39,508 bases of DNA. It comes from Octopus bimaculoides (lineage: Eukaryota). The notes under the pieces were generated by a model that saw only the letters and a list, made by a program, of their open reading frames with translations, did no database searches and was not told the origin of the DNA. Both the position numbers and the translations under genes were made by a program. Within the stretch, counting starts at the first letter, position 1, and every line of letters begins with the position of its first letter. This document shows, piece by piece, positions 10,431 through 20,861 of this stretch. The DNA is taken from assembly GCF_001194135.2 (NCBI RefSeq), contig NC_068988.1:19154151-19193658 (forward strand), in the 5' to 3' direction.

Positions 10431-10534
10431 GACTGCATGGGCATAAGCTCCACATATGTGTCAAGTCTCATCAAGGTCCGTTGGATAGTCTCGGAGGAGT
10501 TAAACTAACTACTTCACTAACACACAAACCATTG

Positions 10535-10572
<38 letters not shown>

Positions 10573-10575
10573 CAT

Positions 10576-10612
<37 letters not shown>

Positions 10613-10635
10613 AGAGAGAGAGAGAGAGAGAAAGA

Positions 10636-10668
<33 letters not shown>

Positions 10669-11020
10669 TTCTATATGAGCATGATTGTTTGTGTAAGTAT
10701 ATGTATGTGTGTGTGTATGTGTGTATTGGTTAAAGAGAAAAATAGACCGAGGGCGAGTAAGAAAGATTCTTCCGTTTAGTTTCATTATCATAGAGATAGC
10801 ATTCTCACATCTTCAATTCCTCTATAGACAGACCGTAGAGATATGCAGTCATCAAAATATAGGTAACTTACACAGCAGCATGTGTTGTCCTATCACTAGC
10901 TCAGTGACTGTCCATTACAGTCACAACGTTGCTACTGCTGCTGCTACCGTTGTTACTACAGTTGTTGTGTACTCATTACAATAGTTGTTCATATTGACGT
11001 GACTCCCTCTAGTTTTCACA

Positions 11021-11073
<53 letters not shown>

Positions 11074-11074
11074 A

Positions 11075-11120
<46 letters not shown>

Positions 11121-11310
11121 TGATGTTGTTGTTGATGTCGTTGTAGTAGTGGTGGTGCTGTTACTGATTTTGGTAGAAGTATAAGTATTTTCAGTATAGG
11201 TGGCGCTAGTGGTAGAAGTAGTTGTAGACGTTGTAGTACCGGTGGTGGTGATAGTAGATGCAATTGTATTTGCAACTGCTGCTGCTGTACTTGATGTTGC
11301 CAATGATGTT
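11021..11310. repeat. (TAG)n/(GTT)n compound trinucleotide tract
   Basis: Direct inspection; source of the poly-V, poly-T and poly-L ORFs. Confidence 0.92.
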
Positions 11311-11640
11311 TTCAAATTTCGGTACAGAAACGGGCAAGTCGATTACATTTAACCCTTTCCTTAACTAGTATTTATTTTATTAAACCTGAAAGAATGAAAG
11401 GCAAAATCAACCTCGGCGGAATTCGAACTCAGAACGTAGTGAACCAGAAGATAGTCTGCAAAGCATTTCGTCCGATGCGCTAACGAGTTGTAGTTGTTGT
11501 CGAAAATCTTTTCTACAATAGGCACATGTCCTGAGACTTTGGTTGGAGAGAGGAGAATAAATCATAACAACTTATATTATCGATTTTGAAAGCATGAAAA
11601 GTAATGTCGACCTCGGTGAAATTTGAATTCAGAATGTAAA
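11311..11640 (-). mobile_element. Two tandem fragments of CORE SINE family B (11311-11487 and 11508-11640)
   Basis: Reverse complements of GTTCTGAGTTC(G/A)AATT(C/T)C.CCGAGGT.GA.TTTGCCTTTCAT. Confidence 0.8.
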
Positions 11641-11944
11641 CATGAAATTAATTGCTGAGCAATCATACGAAAAGCTTATCTCACACACGTACGAATTGTC
11701 TTCCATGACGTTTATTAAAAGAACGAGTCGTCTAAGCAAAGATGTCTACTATATCAATAGCAATTCTTTAGTGTGCTGCATAAAATATAGCAGTGTCCAC
11801 TTAACTAATGTGTTCCCATTTACCATGTATCTTACTCGACTGATAAGGGTACACCAGGCACATGCATCACAACCACGTGTGCATGACATGGGTGTCCTCA
11901 CATCAAGATAAGCAACGCACGACCTTGCAAGTTAGAATTTTCTT

Positions 11945-12262
11945 TAGGTCGAGTAGCCCATTCCGTTCAAAAGGTCCCTTCATATGAGATTGTTTAAGGA
12001 TGACGAACGAAACACTCATGTTTCCAGAGGTGAATTATTCAAATCCCAAAGAATTCTTCCCAACACATGTCCATGATGCTTCCCCACTACTTCTGCTCGT
12101 GATCAGCGATGCACATTTTATCAGTCACTACTGGTTAAGTTCAAACAACTGACAAGCAAATCTATGGTATTGAGCAGAATATTTGCTGTATCCCATCTTC
12201 TATACCAAGGCAAAACCTGTAAATGTTAATCCTTTGAATCAGTTAAGATCAGAAGGCATGTG
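11945..12262. repeat. Unclassified interspersed repeat, recalled as an abundant octopus repeat
   Basis: TTTCCAGAGGTGAATTATTCAAA...CTACTTCTGCTCGTGATCAG...GGTATTGAGCAGAATATTTGCTGTA. Single copy in this window; identification is from memory only. Confidence 0.45.
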
Positions 12263-12274
12263 AGCCTTCTGATT

Positions 12275-12700
12275 TTAAGCCTGGAATCAAAAGTACATGA
12301 TGCATCAATTAGTAAAGCAACTTCGCTTTTCCTCATCTATTATTGTCATATCTGGTTTATTACTTTCTAGCTTCTTACCCGTTTGAATAGGACTCTCCGA
12401 CTCCAGCATTCTTTCGACCCGATACTCATACCATATACCTTCAGCTTCAAATCCCCCTTTCCGACAAGGCTTCCACTGTAAAACTTTCACAACTTTGTTC
12501 ATGCCTCCATTTCTTACATTTTTTATATTCTCCCTTGGGTCAACTTGAAACAATGTGTACCACTGCCTCATTCCAAATTCCACAAACTCTACATTTTTCT
12601 CACACCTTCTCCCCATACACATATTTTCTCAAGTTTCTTTGTTCTTAACGCTTGATCTTGAGCTGCTGTAATAAGGCTCTCCGTTTCTTTTTTTCTTCTT
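12275..12700 (-). mobile_element. R4/Dong-like non-LTR retrotransposon fragment B (CCHC knuckle + RLE)
   Basis: Across frameshifts: KKETESLITAAQDQALRT / KCRVCGIWNEAVVHIVSS / VVKVLQWKPCRK..WYEYRVERMLES..PIQTGKKLESNKPDMTIIDEEKRSC / IDASCTFD. Confidence 0.88.
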
Positions 12701-12704
12701 TAAT

Positions 12705-13080
12705 TTGTCTTGAGATTTAGTGACAAGTTTTCTCAAGTCTCAACAATCTTTTTTTAAGATCCTTACTGAATACAGGATTGCACTTTTCTGCAGATCGTCA
12801 ATGCGAGTTTCCAGTTTCAAAATATTTTGTAGGTGGCAGGATGAGTGTTGAGCCAAGTTCACCGATTCTTACGGAAGTAATTGTCTTAGTCTTCCACAAT
12901 TTCTTCATCTCACTGGCTAGATCCTGAAATTGCACATTTTTTTTTTGAATTTCTTTCGTATCCATCCTGTTATCATATGAGATTATAAATGTATGATTTT
13001 ACACTGTTTGTTTCTGTTGTCCTCTGAGATAATATCTAGTCTCTTTGCTTCAATAACATGGTCAGTCTCTTTGGGGAAGT
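12705..13080 (-). mobile_element. R4/Dong-like non-LTR retrotransposon fragment A (RLE to stop codon + short 3' UTR)
   Basis: FPKETDHVIEAKRLDII..NKQCKII / YDNRMDTKEI / QFQDLASEMKKLWKTKT..IGELGS / LETRIDDLQKSAILYSVRILKK..VET*, stop at 12733-12735. Confidence 0.85.
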
Positions 13081-13190
13081 ATTATTATATTTGTATTTTG
13101 GGCTGATGGAGTGTTCAAACTGATCCGAGGTGTTTTAGATTCACCCCTCCTCGATTTAATGGAATAAAGAATGTTTGGATAAGTTTACAG

Positions 13191-13249
13191 ACAGAAGACT
13201 TTTGAACAATTTCAGCAACAACCCAACTTTACATCTGGGTGGGAAAAAG
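13191..13249 (+). other. Candidate small exon (59 nt)
   Basis: TTTACAG| ... AAG|GTATGT; two open frames (RRLLNNFSNNPTLHLGGKK or QKTFEQFQQQPNFTSGWEK); no recognised homologue. Confidence 0.25.
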
Positions 13250-13581
13250 GTATGTGTTCAAATATTTTACGGTTTTATATTTCATAACATTTCACTTGCA
13301 CGTATTTCAATATGGCTTCTTGTATTGGAGTAGCCAGATGAAGTGCCTGTCAAAGCGCTAGTATCAACAACGTAAACAGAAACGCCTGCAGCAATGAAAA
13401 ATTGCGAAAAATATATAAATAAAAGCACAGATCATAAAATATAGTGGGGAAAAAAAGAGAAAACAACGTTAACAACTTTGAGCAGAAACACATGGAGAAA
13501 AAAATAATGACTTTGTGATAGATAACAGTATTAATATTGGCTTCAGCATTTGCAGTGATAAGACAAGCAACAACGATAACA

Positions 13582-13639
<58 letters not shown>

Positions 13640-13836
13640 NNNNNNNNNNNNNNNNNNNNNNNNNNNNNNNNNNNNNNNNNNNNNNNNNNNNNNNNNNNNN
13701 NNNNNNNNNNNNNNNNNNNNNNNNNNNNNNNNNNNNNNNNNNNNNNNNNNNNNNNNNNNNNNNNNNNNNNNNNNNNNNNNNNNNNNNNNNNNNNNNNNNN
13801 NNNNNNNNNNNNNNNNNNNNNNNNNNNNNNNNNNNN

Positions 13837-13877
<41 letters not shown>

Positions 13878-13999
13878 CGTGTGTGTGTATGCGTGAATGT
13901 GTGTGTGCGTGCTTTGCCAAAGCTACAGTGGATTTTTCGTGCATCGAAATAACTGTGGTGTAAGTTCTCCCATATTATCGGATGAAACAATATGTATGC

Positions 14000-14950
14000 T
14001 TTCTAGAACTGAGTACGGCGAGAGACAGTGGAAGTAATATGTCACGTGCCGGCCATTGGGTAAAACTTCATTAAATATATGGAACAAGATATATTAACGA
14101 ATATACGAATCGAAGAAACAGGAGATTTATCGTGAAAGATATCGGAGATATCATTTGACTCATGAGTCGTTGTAGCTTTTGTGGCGCAATATGGGTCATC
14201 GTAGTTGATGCGACCTTCGGTGATCTATGGGCAGTTAAGCTTTTATGGTCTCGTTGATCACAAAACGATTCCGGAGTTGTGTTACGTAGCAAGTGCAAAG
14301 AGAAAGGCTTCAAGACTGCCGGAGCAGAACAGAAATCTTAGATGTCACATATGTATGATAAAAGGTAATTTAAGTGCTCTCTGCTTTAAAGGAGCTGGAG
14401 AAACTGAAAGGAAAGTAAGACAGCAACTGTTATAGCAGCCCATAATGGCAGCCATTTTTAAGGCATAACTAGTTGCACCTCCGAAAACGTTTGGAAGAGA
14501 GAGCCTCGTCTTAGGTTTGTGTTCCGGCAAAAAGTGCCACCCAAATGAAGAAAGAGATGCTGCCAAATCACTGAGACGACAGGAGACAGACACAAAGACG
14601 AGAATCAAAACTGCACGCAATGAAAATATTTTGCAACAGTAGGGAAGCGAAAAGGGTGAGAAGACAGGCCTATTCTTTCCACCTGCGGCAGTCGGTGAAA
14701 TTTACAGCTGTTTGCACAAAGACAAAGAACTCGCTTAATTACTGAACAAACTGCAGGAAGAGAAGGGAAGAATTTTGTCTTGACTGAGATATGCTCTGAT
14801 ATTGTGGATGACTTGAATGACACAGACTGATAGTGAGAATCACATTATTAGTCTGTGATCAGCTAACGTGCTAAGAATGATGTGAAAGATTTCTTACCCA
14901 GTCTGACATTGAAGGTACAAGGATTTTCATGCGTGCCAGTTTCAAGACAC
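14000..14950 (+). mobile_element. Possible decayed retroelement ORF1/gag region (L1/Tx1-like)
   Basis: RCHICMIKGNLSALC at 14340-14384 fits C-x2-C-x4-(H>N)-x4-C; the rest is unrecognisable. Confidence 0.33.
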
Positions 14951-15318
14951 GAAAGGCGGGTTAAATCATGGAGTGTTCTGACGAACTCTTGCTGATAGAT
15001 TCTGACCCATGTAAGGGTTGTCTACCTTCTCTGTTTTTCATACTTCTTACGTTGTGTCTTAAGTGATTATCATGTTCTTTTATAATACCCATTTCTTTAT
15101 TTTACGTATTTGTAACATCTCTGAACCTCGCCTAATTTTCAAGTAACTTCGCTTTGTCCAGTCCCATGACACTTCTTGTAACCCTTATAAATAAGATGTT
15201 TGTATATTTGATAACAATATTAAAGAAATTCTTATCAATATTGAAGTACAGCCAGGCACCAATCGATAGCAATTATGGCTTAAGATGTAACATTCTTTCA
15301 CTAATTTATTTTTTTCAG

Positions 15319-15331
15319 TTCCTGCGTAGTC
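15319..15331 (+). other. Candidate 13-nt microexon
   Basis: Branch-like CACTAAT + TTATTTTTTTCAG | TTCCTGCGTAGTC | GTGAGT. Confidence 0.4.
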
Positions 15332-16735
15332 GTGAGTATAATTTTACTCTTTTCAAAATTCTGGCTTTATGAGTATCTTGGAAACTGGCAAACCTGCAAT
15401 ACAACTCTAGTGCCCCCAAGTAACACTCTGCATATATATAGGAATTGAAAGGCCAATATTATAATAACGTACATTAGTATTTCATTTAATCTTGCGGCAA
15501 ATGTGAATACGTAAACATTTTCAGACCTGTACAATTTAGATAATGGGAAAATCCGCGTTGACTTAATACAAAAAATGTCGCAGTAAAGTATAACCATTGT
15601 TTGTTTTGACTCAAACGTTATTAGCTGAATGAAAGTTTCTGAATAGTCATACGTCTCATAGTTCTCAAATATCGTTTGAATTTGAATCTTCTGTATTCAC
15701 TACAAATATTCGTTGTTAAGTAATCAAAAGCAACAAAAGTATTTCGAGAAGATATCTAGACCTTCGTAAATGTGTTCGATTGTGAATTACATAAGCGGTT
15801 CACTTATTTAGGCGAACTGCTTAGGTGAATAAGCGTGTTGTTCAAATTTCAAACCGACTACCATCATCACCACTCTCTTCATTCGCATCTTTTCTGTGTC
15901 TCTTTATTCACATATGTCTTTCAATTTTTAATTCTCTCTATTGTACTCTTCCAGAGACTGGCCCACAGGGGGAAAGAAATTAAAAGATAGTAATGTTAAA
16001 AGAGAAAAAGCAAAGCGCTTGACGTTGCACAAACGTACCGTTGCCATCCTCTTCCTCTTTATCATCATCATCATCATCATCATCGTCGTCGTCATCATCA
16101 TTACTTTTCTTTCTCCGTCTCTGTTTCTCTCCTCATGCGCTTCATATTCTCTCACGCTCCCTCTCCCTCTCTGATTGCATTTCACTATTCCAGAGAGCAG
16201 CATACTGAGAGAGAAGAGAAAGAAAAATTACCGCTACTGCTCTAATTCAAATATCTGTCTTTCTACAGAATCTTTCTTGATAAACAATATAGAGTACTGT
16301 AGTTTGAATGGAATTACGCTGATATTTCTCAAAATTTATGCTACACAAAATCTCCAAGTAAAATGTCGAATAGCAAAATATATGGCTTTTGGGAGTTTGT
16401 TTTTGTAGTTTCTGAATACAAGGCGGGATCATGCACACAGACAACTCTCATTTATATGTATATAGATAACAGATGAAGTATTACGTATCCTTATGTTCGG
16501 AGAAAAATTATCTTTCACCCCTTTTAAAGGTGATAAAATAAAATACTAGTCAGGAACTGTATCTATTTACTCGACCGTACATTTCAGCCTAAATTTATGG
16601 GCTTGCTTCTATGTTAAAAACCATTATGAAGAAATCAATATTCTGAAGTAACTGAAACGGCAGAGCGTCGTATATACTTAGGTCCCTGAGTTCAAATCAC
16701 ATTGAGCTCGATTTTCCACTTTTATCAGTTTAGAC

Positions 16736-17315
16736 TAGGGGTTCTCAACCATTTTTTTAAACTACAGATCCTTTGATTACTATTTTATTCTGGTGGGCCC
16801 CCATAGCCATTCGATGTTTAAAAATTAGTTTTATAGATACTTCTTTCCAAATTCCTTTCTTGTTTTTCACACATTAACTTATATATTTGTTGAACTATGT
16901 AAAATGTTAAAGAAGGGAACTTGGCTGTTTCTTGCAATACAGGCTAATACATACATGTAAAGCATTTGTTTTCAGCCATTAAAAAAAAATCTATGGGCGC
17001 CATTGATTACTATTTTATTCTGGTGGGCCCCGATAGCCATTCAATGTTTAAAAACTAGTTTTTTAGGAACTTGTTTTAGAATTCCTATTCTGCTTTTCAC
17101 ACCTTGACTTCTTTAGGTTGAACTGGGTAAAATGTTAAAGAAAGAAACTTAGCTGTTTCTTGCAATACATACTAATATATACATCTTAAGCAAACATTTT
17201 TTAGGTACACTTAAAACACTACTGTGGGTCCTAGGTTCACTGTTTTGTTGTGTGAACCCTAAAAGATCTTATATAGACCCTCATGGACCACATGGACCCC
17301 GGTTGAGAGCCACTG
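16736..17315. mobile_element. hAT-superfamily MITE with internal ~230-bp tandem duplication
   Basis: TIRs TAGGGGTTCTCAACC / GGTTGAGAGCCACTG; 8-bp TSD GTTTAGAC (16728-16735) and GCTTAGAC (17316-17323); internal repeat starts at 16773 and 17003. Confidence 0.88.
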
Positions 17316-17455
17316 GCTTAGACGGTAGGGTCTTTATGAAACTCATTTAAATAAAATAGCAGTCGATCGCTGATAGTGTGGAGAGGTATCGATTCTATAA
17401 ATTGGTCCAACCTCTTCAAAATGTGTGACCTACTACACTACAAGTCTTTCATATT

Positions 17456-17672
17456 GGTTTCAAATTTTGGCATCAGGTCAGTGATTTTTTGGGGATGGGG
17501 TAAGTCGATTTCATCGACCCCAGTGTACAATTGGCAATCATTTTATTGACCTCGATAGGATGAAAAGCAAAGTCGACGTCGGTTGGTATTTGAACGCATA
17601 ACGTAAAGAAACAAGAAATACTGCTTAGCGTTTTTGCTTGGCATGTTAACGGCTCTGTCAGTTCACCGCCTT
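17456..17672 (-). mobile_element. CORE SINE family B with TSD
   Basis: Full-length reverse copy; flanking CTACAAGTCTTT(C/A)ATATT at 17438-17455 and 17673-17690. Confidence 0.85.
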
Positions 17673-17703
17673 CTACAAGTCTTTAATATTACTAGTGTTA
17701 TAT

Positions 17704-17905
17704 AAGGCGGCTGGCTAAAAGAATAGTTAGGAGCATTTCGTCCCGGTCTCCACGTTCTGCGTTCAAATTCCTCTGAAGTTTACTTTGCATTTCATCCTTT
17801 CTGGGTCGATAAAATAAGTACCAGTCGAGCACTACGGTTGGTATAATCGACTTAACCACCCTCGCCAAATTGCTTGCCTTGTACCAAACCTTAAAGCCAA
17901 TATTA
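17704..17905 (+). mobile_element. CORE SINE family B
   Basis: AAGGCGG head, GTTCAAATTCC B box, TTTCATCCTTTCTGGGTCGATAAAATAAGTACCAG CORE-like segment. Confidence 0.85.
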
Positions 17906-18215
17906 CGATTATTATTTAATTCCAGGTGAGTCTTGATCGAGCTGGCGTATGGACAAACATTATTCCAGCTGCGACTGTCTCGATTTTTATTTAAAAATCT
18001 GTTTTCACATTGTCCAGTGTGTTCTTTATTTTATATACCAGCGTATAGAGGATATAGTCTTTGGCCGCGTATAGTGTTCACTCAATGCTCAAGTTGTTCA
18101 TTGCGGTTGCAAAATGGTGACGGCGATGATGTTGAAATTGTTCTTGTCGATGGCCTAGTTATAGTTTCTGTTGTTGTTGCATACGTACACACGCACACAC
18201 ACATGCACACACATA

Positions 18216-18248
<33 letters not shown>

Positions 18249-18360
18249 CCGCATTCATACGTGCATATTTATACACACATGCGTGCACACACGCACACAC
18301 ATATCAATAAATATAAACTTATTACACTATTTGATATTTACACATACACATCTCTCACTC

Positions 18361-18429
<69 letters not shown>

Positions 18430-19014
18430 CTTATACACACACATACTCACACCAACACACAAGCACACTTACATACAGTTAGACATACATACATGCACAT
18501 CCATATTTACTTGCAGGCAAACGTATATACATCCATATCTACATGCGTATATACACGCCTTCTTTGCAACATACATACATATATACGTACACTGCTTTCT
18601 TTGTCCCTCTTTGATGTAGTTGCACTGAGTGATTGCAGTCTCTGTTCTGCTGTATTATAGTAGCTGTTACAGTGATTGTTTCTCTTGCTATTGTTGCAAA
18701 TAGCTGCATCCATTATTGTTGCAGTTGCTGCTATCTCTATCATCGGCTTCTTTGCACTTAATGCTACTGTTCACTTGCCTTTTTTTTTTGCTGCACTGAC
18801 TACAAAATATCAGTACGGTCTTGTTGTTGTTGCTGCTGTTATTTAGCCCAAGGTCAGCATTGATTGAGCAGACTGATGATCAAATACATTACAGTTACAA
18901 CTATCTCGTCTTCTCCTTCAGATGTAGTATATATCTGAAACTGCTTTATCCAACATATCTTTCACCGTTTTAATTACATTAAGATGAGATATAAGGATTA
19001 TTTCACTCGGTTAG

Positions 19015-19345
19015 TGTTGTTGCTAACTATTTTTTAAATAAATTTACCTATTTCTGTTGATCTTAAGTCGCTGTTGTTGCTAATCACTTCTCGTGCTTTC
19101 ATTTTGTTCCCAATTATCCGATTCCTATTGTTGCAAATGACTTTCGTGTTTTCACCATCTGCTTTGATATTACATTGCTATTGTTGCTAACTACGTTTCA
19201 TGTTTTCATTACTTGCTTTGCGTGATTGAAAGTTACTGCTGTTGCTAAATTCTTCTCCTGCTCTCATTACCTGCGTCAAGTAGCTTCACACTGCTGTTGT
19301 TGCTAACTATTCCCTTATTGCCGTTTACTGTTTTCAGTTGCTAAC
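19015..19345. repeat. Degenerate ~55-bp minisatellite with a conserved GTTGCTAA core (7 units)
   Basis: Cores at 19019, 19076, 19130, 19183, 19241, 19299 and 19337. Confidence 0.75.
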
Positions 19346-20286
19346 GTGCTACAGAAGTTGAATTTAAATTTGTTATATATTGTGCGGACTCTTGAATGTT
19401 CCAAACCAATGTTATCTCTGTTGTTTTCGGTGTTATATAGTCACAAGTCATCCCTCACTCGTTAGACCGATTACAAAAGCGTTCCAACTGAGACTATCAC
19501 GTTTTATACGGATACAATGTATCTAAACTTACATGTAAAATCTCATTATTTTTTTTAATCGGAAGGTAGTTATTTAAGAGAGATTTGCTTGTTATTTCTA
19601 GCAGAGCAAGTATCCACGCAGACGCCTTCTCACCGATCCATCTTTTTGTGTTCACATCTCTAAACTTCTTAAACCTCTAATTCCTATCCATTTGTTGTCC
19701 AACCGTGACCAACACAAGTTAAAGAATGAATCTCTGGTTGTTCCCCTTGCTAGAAATAGCAACTAAATATCTCTCAAATCACACTTTAGCATCTTACATC
19801 GAAAAAGAATTGACAGCATAGTGTATCCCCTTTATGCACTTATACAGACGAGATGGTCACGGCGGGAATATCTTCGATCATATTGCTGTTCCAACAGAAC
19901 CAACAGAGGTTACGCAACAACAGCAACAAAACAATGAGGTCAAAACCACATCTACGTGGTTACTCGACCAGCTAAAAGTAGCAGCTCAAACACCCTCAAA
20001 ACTTACTCTGCTCACGTAAATTGGGAAATGACATTTATCATCATGTTTTATATAATCAATAAAAGACTGGATGGCTACGACTGAAGGCCTTTAACTATAG
20101 TTCTAATAGATCAGGAATGTCCAAGAGCTAAAACAACAACAAGAACACCTAGTATATGAACAACAACACTAAAATTACATCTTAGTGTCAATTGATACCA
20201 TTCTTGCAGTCGTGTTCTTCTCAGTCTTTTTACAACCTGTTGCTTGACTCAGTTCAATAATCGATAGATTTTATATAACTCCGCAG

Positions 20287-20316
20287 TTTTATCTGGCGAC
20301 CTTCCGGCGTCAACCG
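20287..20316 (+). other. Candidate 30-nt exon
   Basis: ATAACTCCGCAG | TTTTATCTGGCGACCTTCCGGCGTCAACCG | GTAATG; GC/CpG-rich in an AT-rich context; open in all three frames. Confidence 0.3.
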
Positions 20317-20329
20317 GTAATGTATGTTT

Positions 20330-20663
20330 TTGAACATGTGTATATACTTGCATAAGTAGATAGGTACATACATACTGTCCATGCATCCATGCATACATAT
20401 GTATATGAATTCTTGTATGCTTAATTACATGCGTAGAGATATGCGAATGTACACACATATGTAGACGCAATGTACACCTGTAAAGCACGTATACATATAA
20501 CTATGAATATATGTATATGTGTTGGTACGTGTGTTGGTATGTGTGTTGTATGGACGCATGTATGCGTTGCATGTCTGTGTATGTATACGTATGCGTGTGA
20601 GCATGTGCGTGTTTGTATGTATATACGCAAGTACACATAAATGCATATACACACACATGTATG

Positions 20664-20704
<41 letters not shown>

Positions 20705-20823
20705 TTGTACATACATGTGCGTGATTGTGTGTGTGTATACATACACACATATATAATTACATAATCCTGTATTTATACAGATATACCCAAGAATTTCTTT
20801 ATCTACACACACGCACACACACG

Positions 20824-20861
<38 letters not shown>

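Noticed and set aside
19015-19345. CRISPR-like array
   Set aside because: Eukaryotic context, degenerate repeats, mutually homologous spacers, and no cas genes.
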